DNA from: Candidatus Nomurabacteria bacterium
GTDB taxonomy: Bacteria > Patescibacteriota > Minisyncoccia > Phycocordibacterales > UBA9973
Direction of reading: 5' to 3'
DNA length: 64,000 nt
NCBI GenBank assembly: GCA_023267195.1
Contig: JAHFNT010000002.1
Location: 23,830 to 87,829 of the forward strand
Each line of letters begins with the position of its first letter. Positions within the stretch are counted from its first letter, which is position 1. A program made the translations under genes and the position numbers. The notes beneath the pieces were generated by a model, which was given only the letters and a program-made list of their open reading frames with translations, was not told the origin of the DNA and made no database searches. Below are positions 10,195 through 22,449 of the stretch, in pieces.

Positions 10195-10801
10195 AAAAAG
10201 GATAGCAGTTCTTATTTCAGATACGGGAACCGGTACTAACCTTCAGGCTATCATTGATGGAGTTGAAGCCGGTTCAATTCAGGCTGAAATTTGTGCGGTT
10301 GTTTCCGATACACCAGGGGCGCTCGGGTTAGAACGAGCGAGAAAACATAATTTAAAGATTGAAATCTGTGGAGCCAAAGAACTGCTATTACCGCTCTTGC
10401 AAAAACTAGATCCCAACTATATCTGCCTCGCAGGCTGGAAACAAATTATTTTACAAGAAGTAATCCTGGCTTTCCCCAATAGAATTTTAAACCTGCATCC
10501 AGGTTTAATTCCAGATGCAGTAGATACGTTAGCCAAAAACCCTGACGGAACAAGTGCGCTTTGGAATAAGGGGATGCTCACAACTAAAGCAATTCAGAAT
10601 TTCTTAGACCAAGAAAAAACTTTTGCTGGTTCTTCAATCCATTTTTTAACATCCCTATTTGATTTTGGTCCAGTTTTGGGTAGAACTTTTGAAAAGATTG
10701 AAGATTATGACAATGTTGAATCTTTATATTCACGGCTGAAGAAAAAAGAAAATAAATTATATGTGGAAGTTTTAGAGAAATTAATAAATGGCCAAAATTA
10801 A
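10175..10801 (+). CDS. purN: Phosphoribosylglycinamide formyltransferase
   Basis: GTNLQAII, LAGW, NLHPGL, D-x-GP motifs; operon context. Confidence 0.88.
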   Translation: MIPPKNKKRIAVLISDTGTGTNLQAIIDGVEAGSIQAEICAVVSDTPGALGLERARKHNLKIEICGAKELLLPLLQKLDPNYICLAGWKQIILQEVILAFPNRILNLHPGLIPDAVDTLAKNPDGTSALWNKGMLTTKAIQNFLDQEKTFAGSSIHFLTSLFDFGPVLGRTFEKIEDYDNVESLYSRLKKKENKLYVEVLEKLINGQN

Positions 10802-12089
10802 TAAAATTTTAATAATAGGTAGCGGGGGTAGGGAACATGCGATTGGTTGGAGAATTGCACAATCAAAACGTGCGGGAAAAATTTTCTTTGCGCCCGGAAA
10901 TGGAGGCACAAAAAAAATCGGAACCAACGTAGAGATAAAAGCAACGGACATAAAAGGGATTTTAGAGTTTGCTCAAAGGGAAAGAATAGATTTAACTCTC
11001 GCCTTGCCGGATGATCCGCTCGCACTTGGCATTGTCGATCTTTTTGAGAAAAATGGCCTAAGGGTTTGGGGTCCGACAAAGGCAGCATCTAAACTTGAAT
11101 GGTCAAAAGCTTTTGCAAAAGATTTCATGCAGAGACACAACCTACCAACAGCCAAATTTGAGATATTTGATAATTTCGAAAAGGCAAAAAGTTATATTGA
11201 AACACAATCCTTTCCCATTGTCATAAAAGCAAGCGGGTTAGCACTTGGTAAAGGTGTAGTAATTTGTAAAAACAAAGAGGGAGCGAGCAAGACACTAGAA
11301 AATATTTTGGTAAAAAAGATCTTTGGCGATTCTGGTAATGAAGTTGTAATTGAAGAATTTTTAGTCGGCCCAGAAATTTCTATCCACGTATTCTCTGATG
11401 GGGAAAATTATAAAATGCTTCCCCCGTCACAAGACCACAAGAAAATAGGCGAGCAAGATACAGGCTTAAATACAGGCGGCATGGGTACCATAGCGCCTCT
11501 CCCATTTATGTCAGAAAAGTTGATGGTAGAAATTGAAAAGACTATTGTGGCACCAACGCTGGCGGCAATGCAGAAGGAAGGTAACCCTTTTGTTGGATTA
11601 TTGTACCCAGGCCTTATTCTTACTAAAAACGGCCCCAGGATCCTTGAATTCAACGTACGGTTTGGCGATCCAGAAACGCAGACATATATGCGCCTCTTGG
11701 AAACCGACATTTTAGACATTTTTGATGCTTGTATTGATAAAAAGTTGGACAAGCTTGAAATAAAGTGGAAAGATCTTTATGGTTGCACCATAGTGCTCGC
11801 ATCTGGTGGATATCCGGAAAATTACGAAAAGGGGAAAATTATTTCTGGGATAGAGGAGGCACAAAAAGATCCTGCGATCGTGGTCTTTCACGCTGGCACT
11901 AAAAGAGATGAGAAGGAAAATTTAATTACAAATGGCGGACGGGTACTGGGGGTAAGTGCAACTGGAGAAAGTTTACAACTAGCCTTAGTTAAGGCTTACG
12001 AAGCAGTGTTAAAGATATCTTTCTCGGGAATGCAATACAGAAAAGATATCGGGCAGTCTGCGTTAAAAATTTCTAATTATCCCAATTAA
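10788..12089 (+). CDS. purD: Phosphoribosylamine-glycine ligase
   Basis: GSGGREHA, QDHK, NTGGMG, EFNVRFGDPE, FHAGT, GGRVL. Confidence 0.97.
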   Translation: MAKINKILIIGSGGREHAIGWRIAQSKRAGKIFFAPGNGGTKKIGTNVEIKATDIKGILEFAQRERIDLTLALPDDPLALGIVDLFEKNGLRVWGPTKAASKLEWSKAFAKDFMQRHNLPTAKFEIFDNFEKAKSYIETQSFPIVIKASGLALGKGVVICKNKEGASKTLENILVKKIFGDSGNEVVIEEFLVGPEISIHVFSDGENYKMLPPSQDHKKIGEQDTGLNTGGMGTIAPLPFMSEKLMVEIEKTIVAPTLAAMQKEGNPFVGLLYPGLILTKNGPRILEFNVRFGDPETQTYMRLLETDILDIFDACIDKKLDKLEIKWKDLYGCTIVLASGGYPENYEKGKIISGIEEAQKDPAIVVFHAGTKRDEKENLITNGGRVLGVSATGESLQLALVKAYEAVLKISFSGMQYRKDIGQSALKISNYPN

Positions 12090-13401
12090 ACGAGTGTTCG
12101 CGATCAGGTCCCGTACCCACAGAAACAATACTTACATTTAGATTAGAAAGTTTCCTTTTTATATAGTTTAAATAGGTAGCAAGTTCCTGGGAAACTTTCT
12201 CTTTGTCGTTAATGCCGAAATTTGCATTTCCCCAGCCCGGCATTTCTTCAGTATTTACGCCCGTTACCTGATCTAGGTATAATGGGAATGTTTCTAAAAC
12301 TTTTCCCTTACTAACATATCCAATGACAACTTTTATTTTATCACTTAAGCAAATATCGGCTTTATTGATAAAAATTTTATTTGCTCCTGAAAGTTCTATG
12401 GCGTAACGTAACGCGAACAAGTCAAGCCAACCGCACATTCTGGGACGCCCAGTTGTCGCTCCGAACTCGTGGCCAGCATCCTGAAAAAGCTTTTCTAGAA
12501 CGACATCTTCCATTCTTGCGGGGAAGTTTCCACCACCAACTTTGGTTGTATAAGCCTTAATAACTCCATATACATTGCGGATTACAGTATGCGGCACACC
12601 AAGACCGAGGCAGACATTCGCTGGCAGAGTATTACTACTGGTCACATTGGGATAATCCCCAAAATCAATATCAAGCATCACTGCTTGCGCGCCTTCCGCT
12701 AAAATATTTTTACCTTCTTTAAGTTTTGCTTGAATTAGAAATGGCAAATCACAAATGTTTAATTTTTTTATTTCCTTTATTGAATTATCCCACTTTTCTT
12801 TCGCTTCTTTTATTTTTTCTAAATTGATTTCAAAGCCATACTTATTTCTGTACATCTCTAAAAGATTCAGGTGAAATTCTGTGAGATTCGCTATTTTTTC
12901 TTCAAAGTTAGGCAATAACACATCGCCAACTAGCAACCCACTCCTAGCGCGGGAATCACTATAAGCTGGACCAATACCTCTACTGGTAGTGCCTACTTTC
13001 GTGCCTAATTTACTTCTCTTGTGTTCATCGGCTTGATCTAAAAATGGGTGTAGATAGGAAACCAACTTTGCGCGATTAGAAATATAAAGACGAGAATTTA
13101 TTTCGAAACCTAAATTTTCAAGTTCTCTAATTTCTTTAATTAAAGAGACTGTGTCCACCACCACTTCGTTCCCTATGTATAGTTCTATATCTTTCTGCAG
13201 ACATCCTGAAGGAATAATATGGCCTATAAAAGTTTTACTGCCTTGTTTGATGGTATGTCCAGCATTTGCTCCACCCTGAAAACGCGCCACACCCGAATAG
13301 ACCCCATGAGAAAGAAGTTCGTCTATGTTTTTTCCCTTGCCTTCATCTCCCCACTGAAGACCTACAAGCACATCTACGAATCCTTCTTTTTGTTTATTCA
13401 T
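12073..13401 (-). CDS. purA: Adenylosuccinate synthetase
   Basis: GLQWGDEGKGK, GGANAGHT, GIGPAY, EGAQ, EFGATTGRPR. Confidence 0.97.
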   Translation of the reverse strand: MNKQKEGFVDVLVGLQWGDEGKGKNIDELLSHGVYSGVARFQGGANAGHTIKQGSKTFIGHIIPSGCLQKDIELYIGNEVVVDTVSLIKEIRELENLGFEINSRLYISNRAKLVSYLHPFLDQADEHKRSKLGTKVGTTSRGIGPAYSDSRARSGLLVGDVLLPNFEEKIANLTEFHLNLLEMYRNKYGFEINLEKIKEAKEKWDNSIKEIKKLNICDLPFLIQAKLKEGKNILAEGAQAVMLDIDFGDYPNVTSSNTLPANVCLGLGVPHTVIRNVYGVIKAYTTKVGGGNFPARMEDVVLEKLFQDAGHEFGATTGRPRMCGWLDLFALRYAIELSGANKIFINKADICLSDKIKVVIGYVSKGKVLETFPLYLDQVTGVNTEEMPGWGNANFGINDKEKVSQELATYLNYIKRKLSNLNVSIVSVGTGPDREHSFNWDN

Positions 13402-13423
13402 GATTTAATCAAAAAATTTTAAA

Positions 13424-14941
<1,518 letters not shown>

Positions 14942-14951
14942 CTAGCATATT

Positions 14952-16478
14952 ATGAAAGGGATACAAATTCTGGTCGTAGATTACGGATCACAATATACTC
15001 TTGTTATCGGCAGAACATTGAGAGAGCTTGGGGTGAGGAGTGTAATTCTCCCACCCAAAAAAGCTGACGTATGGCTAAAAGAAAACAATCCAAAAGCAGT
15101 CATCCTTTCGGGCAGTAACTGGAGTGTACACAATACTGGAGCACCAGGATTGCCAAAGTCGCTCGATCTAAACGGGGAAAAATATTTTATTCTTGGCGTT
15201 TGTTATGGCATGCAGCTTCTGGCACATAAGCTTGGAGGAAAAGTAGAACGCCCACTCCTCCATCGCGAATATGGTCCGGCAATTGTAAATTTAACCGCTA
15301 AACATCCTCTTTGGGTTGGGGTTCCCAAAAAAACAACAGTCTGGGCAAGTCATGGAGATACGGTAAGCAATCTACCGAAAGGTTTTACCCCCATTGCCAA
15401 GTCCGGCGGATTTGCTGCTATGACAAATAAAAATAATCGCATGCTCGGAGTACAATTTCATCCTGAAGTAGCCGACACAAAAGAAGGAAAGAAAATACTA
15501 CAAAATTTTCTTAATTTAGCAAATTGCCAGAAAGACTGGGATCCGGTAAATTTAATTCATCAAATTCAAAAAGAGGTTCTGGGTATTGTAAAAGGGAAAG
15601 AGAAGGTGATATTAGGAGTTTCTGGTGGGGTTGATTCTACGACACTCGCAGCTGTCCTCACGCCCATTTTAAAAGATAGATTAATTTGTGTTGCGATAGA
15701 CACAGGAGGATTAAGACAAGATGAGATGGCAGAGTTAAAAGCAAACACCAAAAGCGCTGGTATAAAAAATCTTAAAATAATCACGGCTTCGGATGAATTC
15801 AGGAAAAATATCGGGACAACAATTGATGGAGAAGAGAAAAGAGCGCAGTTCAGAAAAATTTATAAAAAAATATTTGCAGAACAAATAAAAAAATATAGAG
15901 CTGATTTTATTGCGCAGGGAACTTTAGCTACCGACATAATAGAAAGCGGCCAGGTGGGGAAGTCGGCGATGATCAAAACTCATCATAACGTTGGGCTGAA
16001 ATGGAAAGTGGAAGACTTGCATCCATTTAGAAATTTATTTAAATATGAAGTCCGCGAACTTGCCAGAGCGCTCAAGCTTCCAAGGGCAGTATACGAACGC
16101 AACCCTTTCCCGGGACCAGGATTATATCTACGAGTCGTGGGTACGCCTGTGTCCAAAGAAAATATCGAGTTGGTGCGAGAAGCCGACAAAGCTGTGAACG
16201 AAATTATAAAGAAACATAATCTAGAAAAAGAAATTTCTCAGCTCATCGTGGCACTTCTTGGAATTAATTCTGTCGGCGTAAAAGGGGATGAAAGAGTTTA
16301 TGGCCATTCTCTAGCTATTCGCGCCGTGCAAACTGTGGATTTCATGACCGCTAAAGGCTATTATTTTTCTGAGGAAATTGTAAATGAAATCACCAGCGCT
16401 CTAACAAAACACAAAGGCATCGTCAGAGTGTTCTTTGATATGACACCCAAGCCCCCCGCTACCACAGAGTTTGAGTAG
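14952..16478 (+). CDS. guaA: GMP synthase (glutamine-hydrolysing)
   Basis: GVCYGMQ, QFHPEV, SGGVDS, KTHHNV, KPPATTEFE. Confidence 0.97.
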   Translation: MKGIQILVVDYGSQYTLVIGRTLRELGVRSVILPPKKADVWLKENNPKAVILSGSNWSVHNTGAPGLPKSLDLNGEKYFILGVCYGMQLLAHKLGGKVERPLLHREYGPAIVNLTAKHPLWVGVPKKTTVWASHGDTVSNLPKGFTPIAKSGGFAAMTNKNNRMLGVQFHPEVADTKEGKKILQNFLNLANCQKDWDPVNLIHQIQKEVLGIVKGKEKVILGVSGGVDSTTLAAVLTPILKDRLICVAIDTGGLRQDEMAELKANTKSAGIKNLKIITASDEFRKNIGTTIDGEEKRAQFRKIYKKIFAEQIKKYRADFIAQGTLATDIIESGQVGKSAMIKTHHNVGLKWKVEDLHPFRNLFKYEVRELARALKLPRAVYERNPFPGPGLYLRVVGTPVSKENIELVREADKAVNEIIKKHNLEKEISQLIVALLGINSVGVKGDERVYGHSLAIRAVQTVDFMTAKGYYFSEEIVNEITSALTKHKGIVRVFFDMTPKPPATTEFE

Positions 16479-16490
16479 TATAATAAATTT

Positions 16491-18251
16491 ATGGAAAGCG
16501 AAACGAGAAAATGTCAAAACTGCAAAAAAGATTTCACCATCGAATCTGAAGATTTTAACTTTTACGAAAAAATAAAAGTGCCCCTGCCGACCTTTTGCCC
16601 ACTTTGCCGCGTACAGAGACGAATGGCCTTTAGAAATGAGCGGAAACTTTTTCGTGTCAAAGATGCTTTCACGGGTTTAGATATTTTTTCAACTTATCCA
16701 AAAGAGAGTGGAAGGAAAATTATTACACGAGAAGCTTGGTTTGGAGATAGCTGGGACGCCATGGAATATGAAACTGAATATGATTTTTCTAAACCATTCA
16801 TAAAGCAATTGATTGAAATTGAAATGAAAGTACCGATGTATAATTTCAATGTTTTAAGAATGGTCAACAGCCCTTATGCTTTTAATGCAACGGGACTAAA
16901 AAATAGTTACCTTGTTGTTAATTCAAATTACTCGGAAGACTGCATGTACGGGAATGCCATCGATCGTTGCAAGGATTGCGTAGACAATTCGCATGTAAAT
17001 CATTCTGAACGATGCTATGAAAGTTTCTGGTTAGAAAAATGTTATAAATGCTACTTTAGCCAAAGGTCAATGGACTCCAGAAATTTATGGTTTTGTCGAG
17101 GGTGTGTAGGATGTAATGATTGTTTTGGGAGTGTAAATTTACGTAAGGCTTCCTATTGCATTTTTAATAAGCAATATACCAAAGAGGAATATAAAAGAGA
17201 AATAGAAAAAATGAAATTAGACACTGATTCTGGGATTAAGGAAGCTAGAAAAAAAGCTCGCGATTTTTGGTTTACTCAGCCCGTCAAATATCATCAAGGG
17301 CTTAGAAATTTGAATTGCTCGGGTTCTTATGTTACCGATTGTAAAAATGTAAATGATAGCTATCTAGTCAGAGAAAGTGAGAATATGCGCTATTGTCAGT
17401 ATTTGCAAGTGCCTAAAAATAAAGATAATTACGATGTCACCAACTGGGGAGAAAATATTGAGCTTTGCTATGAAACAATGGAGTGTGGAGAAAATTCCTA
17501 CAACAATAAATTTTCTCGTAATTGTTGGCCTGCGTGTAGGAACAATGAATACTGCGTGCATCTTTTTAGTTCATCTGACTGTTTCGGCTGTGTTGGACTC
17601 AAAAAAAGGCAATATTGCATTTTAAATAAACAGTATTCTAAAGAAGAATATTTTACGATGGTAGAAAAAATTAAAAAACACATGAACGAAATGCCTTATG
17701 TGGATTCTCAAGGTATTGTTTATAAGTATGGAGAATTTTTTCCCATAGAAATTTCTCCTTTTGGCTACAATAATTCTATCGCTATGCAACATTTTCCTAT
17801 CAAAAAAGAGGAAGCTGAAAACAAAAAATATGGTTGGATAGAAATTGAAAGAGGGGAATATGTGATAACAAAAAAGGCGTCAGAATTTCCAGATTCTATA
17901 AGCGACGTAAACGATGAAATTTTAAAGGAAGTCATTGAATGTGAAAATTGCAAAAAAGCATATCGTATATTGGAAAATGAATTGATCTTTTATCGCAAAG
18001 AGAAACTCCCAATTCCTAGAATGTGCCATGATTGCAGACATGAACGGAGAATTAGCGATCGACTTACATTGCATTTGTACAAAAGATCTTGCATGTGCTC
18101 TGGAATATCTGACGAAACTAACACTTATAAAAATACTGTAAAACATGTTCATGGCGACGAACCGTGTAGTGAAGAGTTCAAGACAGGATACGCACCCAAT
18201 CAATCAGAAATAGTATATTGTGAAAAATGTTATCAGCAAGAGGTTTATTAG
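16491..18251 (+). CDS. Cys-rich multi-zinc-ribbon protein, paralog 2
   Basis: Same architecture and termini as 6286-8028. Confidence 0.9.
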   Translation: MESETRKCQNCKKDFTIESEDFNFYEKIKVPLPTFCPLCRVQRRMAFRNERKLFRVKDAFTGLDIFSTYPKESGRKIITREAWFGDSWDAMEYETEYDFSKPFIKQLIEIEMKVPMYNFNVLRMVNSPYAFNATGLKNSYLVVNSNYSEDCMYGNAIDRCKDCVDNSHVNHSERCYESFWLEKCYKCYFSQRSMDSRNLWFCRGCVGCNDCFGSVNLRKASYCIFNKQYTKEEYKREIEKMKLDTDSGIKEARKKARDFWFTQPVKYHQGLRNLNCSGSYVTDCKNVNDSYLVRESENMRYCQYLQVPKNKDNYDVTNWGENIELCYETMECGENSYNNKFSRNCWPACRNNEYCVHLFSSSDCFGCVGLKKRQYCILNKQYSKEEYFTMVEKIKKHMNEMPYVDSQGIVYKYGEFFPIEISPFGYNNSIAMQHFPIKKEEAENKKYGWIEIERGEYVITKKASEFPDSISDVNDEILKEVIECENCKKAYRILENELIFYRKEKLPIPRMCHDCRHERRISDRLTLHLYKRSCMCSGISDETNTYKNTVKHVHGDEPCSEEFKTGYAPNQSEIVYCEKCYQQEVY

Positions 18252-18265
18252 AAAAAAATATAAAC

Positions 18266-19753
18266 ATGCAAAAGAAAATTAATTCGGCCTTAATTTCAGT
18301 TTTTAATAAAGATGGATTAGAGGAAATTGTAAAACTTCTTCAGAAGTACGGCGTAAAAATAATTTCCACCGGCGGTACGGCAGAATTTATTCGCAAGCTG
18401 AATGTTCCAGTTACTGAAGTGGAGACTATGACCGGTTTTCCTTCAGTGTTTGGTGGTAGAGTAAAAACATTGCAACCGCAAATTTTTGGCGGTATTCTAA
18501 ATCGCCGAGATAATGCCGAAGATCAAAAAGAAAAGAAAGAACACAAGATTGAAGACATTGATCTGGTGATAGTAGACCTTTATCCTTTCGAAGAAACACT
18601 GGGAGCTGGTGGAAATGAAGAAGAAATTATCGAGAAAATTGATATCGGTGGAATTTCTCTAATCCGTGCCGCAGCGAAAAACTTTAACGATGTGGTAGTC
18701 GTTCCATCAAAGAAACAATACCGAGACCTTATAGATATATTAAAAAAGAGAAATGAAACTACGATAGAAGAACGTAAGAAATTTGCAGGTCAGGCATTTG
18801 AAATAACAAGTAAATACGACACTGCTATTCGCGGATATTTCGAGGGCATACATCTTCGCTATGGGGAAAATCCACACCAAAAAGCTCAGTTTATAGGCAA
18901 TCTAGAGGAAAGTTTTACTCAACTGCACGGCAAAGAACTTTCTTATAACAATCTCATAGATACGGAGGCGGCAATAGCAGTCGTAAATGATTTTGAAAAA
19001 CCAGCTTTCGCGATCATCAAGCACATGAATGCGTGCGGACTAGCCACGAAGGAAGAGGGGAATCTGCTCGAGGCATATAAGGCAGCTTACAATGCTGATC
19101 CACTTTCGGCTTTCGGCGGAATTCTTGCGGCCAACAGAATTATAGAAGAAGATATAGCGAAACTTATTAGAGAACAGAAACTTTTTGTGGAAGTTATTAT
19201 TGCTCCGGATTTTTCTAAAGAAGCTCTCATTATCTTGATGGAGAAAAAAGATTGCCGAATTCTTAAGTGGCACAACTCAGCTCTTCCTGTTAAACAAATG
19301 CGCACCTGTCTCACTGGGATACTTGAGCAAGATCGAGATACGCAAGTAGAAAAAGTTAGTAATTTAAAAACGGTTACCGAGCGCGAACCAACAAAAGAAG
19401 AAGTAAATGATTTACTGATGGCTTCTATCGCCACCAAACATTTGAAATCAAATTCTGTAGCCTTGGTAAAAAATGGCGCACTTATTTCTATGGGTTGCGG
19501 GCAAACCTCGCGTATTGATGCCCTCAAGCAAGCGATTGAAAAAGCAAAAAAATTTGGTTTTGATTTGCGCGGTACGGTTTTGTCTTCGGAAGCATTTTTC
19601 CCATTTCCGGACTGCATAGAACTCGCCGGAGAAAATGGGGTTAGTGCTGTGATCCATCCAGGGGGTTCAAAGAACGATCAAGCTTCCATTGACGTGGCGA
19701 ATAAATTTAATATGGCGATGGTAACAACCGGCTTTAGGCATTTTAAGCATTAA
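18266..19753 (+). CDS. purH: Bifunctional AICAR transformylase / IMP cyclohydrolase
   Basis: ALISV, STGGT, GRVKTL, IDIGG, LRYGENPHQ, RHFKH; start placed at ATG 18266. Confidence 0.96.
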   Translation: MQKKINSALISVFNKDGLEEIVKLLQKYGVKIISTGGTAEFIRKLNVPVTEVETMTGFPSVFGGRVKTLQPQIFGGILNRRDNAEDQKEKKEHKIEDIDLVIVDLYPFEETLGAGGNEEEIIEKIDIGGISLIRAAAKNFNDVVVVPSKKQYRDLIDILKKRNETTIEERKKFAGQAFEITSKYDTAIRGYFEGIHLRYGENPHQKAQFIGNLEESFTQLHGKELSYNNLIDTEAAIAVVNDFEKPAFAIIKHMNACGLATKEEGNLLEAYKAAYNADPLSAFGGILAANRIIEEDIAKLIREQKLFVEVIIAPDFSKEALIILMEKKDCRILKWHNSALPVKQMRTCLTGILEQDRDTQVEKVSNLKTVTEREPTKEEVNDLLMASIATKHLKSNSVALVKNGALISMGCGQTSRIDALKQAIEKAKKFGFDLRGTVLSSEAFFPFPDCIELAGENGVSAVIHPGGSKNDQASIDVANKFNMAMVTTGFRHFKH

Positions 19754-19770
19754 TATGCTAAAATAAAAAT

Positions 19771-20289
19771 ATGAAGAAATCGGACGTGGGCATAATAATG
19801 GGCTCAGATTCAGATTTGGAAATAATGGCTGAAGCGGCAAAAATTCTGGAAGAATTCGGCGTAACTTATGATATTACTGTAGCTTCCGCGCACCGAAGCC
19901 CTGATTTAGTTCATAAATATGCAACTAGCGCCAAAGAAGATCACGGATTTAAAGTAATAATTGCAGGTGCAGGCGGCGCGGCCCATTTAGCGGGAGTGGT
20001 AGCGTCTTTGGTTACAATACCTGTCATTGGAGTGCCAGTGAAAGCAAAAAGTTTAGATGGGCTTGATTCACTTTTTTCTACGGTAAATATGCCTCCGGGA
20101 GTGCCTGTGGCAACAGTAGGCATAAATGCCGCAAAAAACGCTGGCATACTCGCGGTCCAAATTTTAGCTCTATTTGATAAAGATTTAGAAAATAAATTAT
20201 TCGCTTATAAACAAAAGATGAGTGACGAGGTAAAACTAAAAGGAGAAAGATTGTCAGAAATTGGGTTTAAAAAATATTTGGAAAAATAG
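19771..20289 (+). CDS. purE: N5-CAIR mutase / AIR carboxylase
   Basis: MGSDSD, SAHRSP, AGAGGAAHL, MPPGVPVATV. Confidence 0.96.
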   Translation: MKKSDVGIIMGSDSDLEIMAEAAKILEEFGVTYDITVASAHRSPDLVHKYATSAKEDHGFKVIIAGAGGAAHLAGVVASLVTIPVIGVPVKAKSLDGLDSLFSTVNMPPGVPVATVGINAAKNAGILAVQILALFDKDLENKLFAYKQKMSDEVKLKGERLSEIGFKKYLEK

Positions 20290-20292
20290 AAA

Positions 20293-21468
20293 ATGAGCAA
20301 ACTGACTAAGCGAAAGATTTATTCAAAAGACGGAGTGGATGTAGCGGAAGAAGCTTTGTTTAGCAGTTTTGCAGGGTCTGTTTGTAAGGCGAGTTATAAA
20401 AATTCTCCTTTTATTGAAATTAAAGATTTATCCGGAGGCCAGTTTCGCGGCCCTCGGCCTTTTATTTTTAAAAACCTACCGAAAGGATATTTTATAGAAA
20501 CCTCCTCGGATGGAATTGGTACCAAAGGAATAATAATTGATGCAGCAAAAACTCACCACCTCGCTGCTTATGACATTATTGCCATGACAGCAAGCGACAT
20601 CACTCGCTTCGGCGGTATTCCGATCGCTTTTATCAATGTTTTTGATACAACTTCTATTGGGAATGGAGGCGACAAAGTAAGTAGAGTTTATAAAAGTGCA
20701 ATAGTGGGTTTGGGCAAGGTAGCCAAAGAAAATAAAATAGTAATCCTAAAAGGGGAAACAGCGCAAATGGGCGACGCGATAGGCTCAGAAATTAAAAATT
20801 CCAAAACAAAATTAAATTGGTCTGGAGTGATGATTGGCGCCTATCATAAAGATAAAATGATCACCGGAAAAAATTTAGCTCCAGGGCAAGTGATCGTTGC
20901 GCTCAAGGAGGAAGGTTTTAGATGTAATGGTATAAGTTCGATGCGCAAAGCGTTAAGGGAAAAATTCGGAAAGGAATGGTGGAAAAATCCGAAAGCAAAA
21001 CAAAGCATAAAACAAGCGGCTCATCCGTCAGTATTGTATGACAGGTATGTGAATACACTACATGGTTGGTTCAATAAAAATTTAAAACCAGAAATAAATA
21101 TCCATGGTATAGTTCATCTCTCGGGAGGCGCATTTCAAGAAAAATTGGCCAAGGATGTTCTCTTCCCTAAAAAGCTTTCCGCGGAACTTTTTGACTTATG
21201 GGAACCACCGAAGATCATGCGGGAATGCGCAGAGTGGCGTAAGATTACTGATGGGGAATTTTATGAAGTTTGGCATGGAGGACAAGGCATGCTATTAATT
21301 ATAGAAGAAAAAGATGCCAGTTATGCTATAAAGAGAGCAAGAGATTTTGGAATTAAAGCAAAAATCGCGGGTAAAATTACAAAAGAATCAATACCACAAG
21401 TTTTAATAAATTCTAAATTAACTCCCGGTAAAATTATTATTTATTCCGCCAAAGGCGGATTAGCTTAG
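20293..21468 (+). CDS. purM: AIR synthase (divergent PurM)
   Basis: Y-x-x-x-GVD, SDGIGTK, GETAQM, CNG, HLSGG, W-x-x-P motifs; operon context. Confidence 0.85.
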   Translation: MSKLTKRKIYSKDGVDVAEEALFSSFAGSVCKASYKNSPFIEIKDLSGGQFRGPRPFIFKNLPKGYFIETSSDGIGTKGIIIDAAKTHHLAAYDIIAMTASDITRFGGIPIAFINVFDTTSIGNGGDKVSRVYKSAIVGLGKVAKENKIVILKGETAQMGDAIGSEIKNSKTKLNWSGVMIGAYHKDKMITGKNLAPGQVIVALKEEGFRCNGISSMRKALREKFGKEWWKNPKAKQSIKQAAHPSVLYDRYVNTLHGWFNKNLKPEINIHGIVHLSGGAFQEKLAKDVLFPKKLSAELFDLWEPPKIMRECAEWRKITDGEFYEVWHGGQGMLLIIEEKDASYAIKRARDFGIKAKIAGKITKESIPQVLINSKLTPGKIIIYSAKGGLA

Positions 21469-21485
21469 GACTGAAAATAAACTTT

Positions 21486-22445
21486 ATGGAGATAGAAAAA
21501 ATAAAAGAGCATATAGATGATGTATTGATCGAAACAAATTTCAAAAATCTTGGCGATAAAAAAATAGGGAAAGTGCGTGATGTATATATAGCCGATGATC
21601 ATATCACTCTTATTGCTACTGATCGACACACTTCTTTTGATCGGAAAATTGCCGATGTGCCTTTCAAGGGCGAAGTGCTGAATCAGATTAGCTTGTTTTG
21701 GTTCAAGGAAACAAAAGACATTATCCAAAATCATATTTTAAGCGCTCCGGATCCTAATGTTGTGGTAGTAAAAAAATGCAAAGTTATACCAATAGAAATG
21801 GTCGTAAGAGGCTATCTGACAGGGTCTACGGCCACTTCACTTTGGACCCATTACAAAGACGGGGAAAGAGATTTTGGTGATTTTATTCTTCCAGATGGAA
21901 TGCGCAAAAATCAAAAATTAGAAAAAGTCGTCTTAACTCCCACTACCAAATCAGACGAACACGATAAACCTCTGACCTCTAAAGAAATAATTTCGCAAGG
22001 CCTCATGTCAGCAGAATTATGGAAAGAAGTCTCCGAATCAGCGTTAAAGCTTTTCAAAAGAGGCCAGGAAATTGCAGAAAAAAGGGGATTAATACTAGTG
22101 GATACAAAGTACGAATTTGGACTTGATGAAAGTGGTAAATTGATGCTAATTGATGAAATCCATACACCAGACTCATCCCGTTATTGGAAAAAAGCTACCT
22201 ATGAAGAGAGATTCAATAAGGGAGAGGAACCGGAATATTTCGACAAGGAATTTTTAAGACTTTGGTTTAAAGAACACTCTGACCCATATAAAGATGAAAT
22301 TTTACCAAAAGCTCCGCCGGAAATGGTTGCTGAACTCTCACGCAGGTATATTGAAATTTATGAGACGATCACCGGCAAACAGTTTGAGCACAACTTTTCA
22401 GAGCCAATTCTGGCAAGAATTACAAGAAATCTTAGAGGATTATAA
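21486..22445 (+). CDS. purC: SAICAR synthetase
   Basis: GKVRDVY, VRGYLTGS, TPTTK, LVDTKYEFG, DEIHTPDSSRYW. Confidence 0.96.
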   Translation: MEIEKIKEHIDDVLIETNFKNLGDKKIGKVRDVYIADDHITLIATDRHTSFDRKIADVPFKGEVLNQISLFWFKETKDIIQNHILSAPDPNVVVVKKCKVIPIEMVVRGYLTGSTATSLWTHYKDGERDFGDFILPDGMRKNQKLEKVVLTPTTKSDEHDKPLTSKEIISQGLMSAELWKEVSESALKLFKRGQEIAEKRGLILVDTKYEFGLDESGKLMLIDEIHTPDSSRYWKKATYEERFNKGEEPEYFDKEFLRLWFKEHSDPYKDEILPKAPPEMVAELSRRYIEIYETITGKQFEHNFSEPILARITRNLRGL

Positions 22446-22449
22446 AGAT

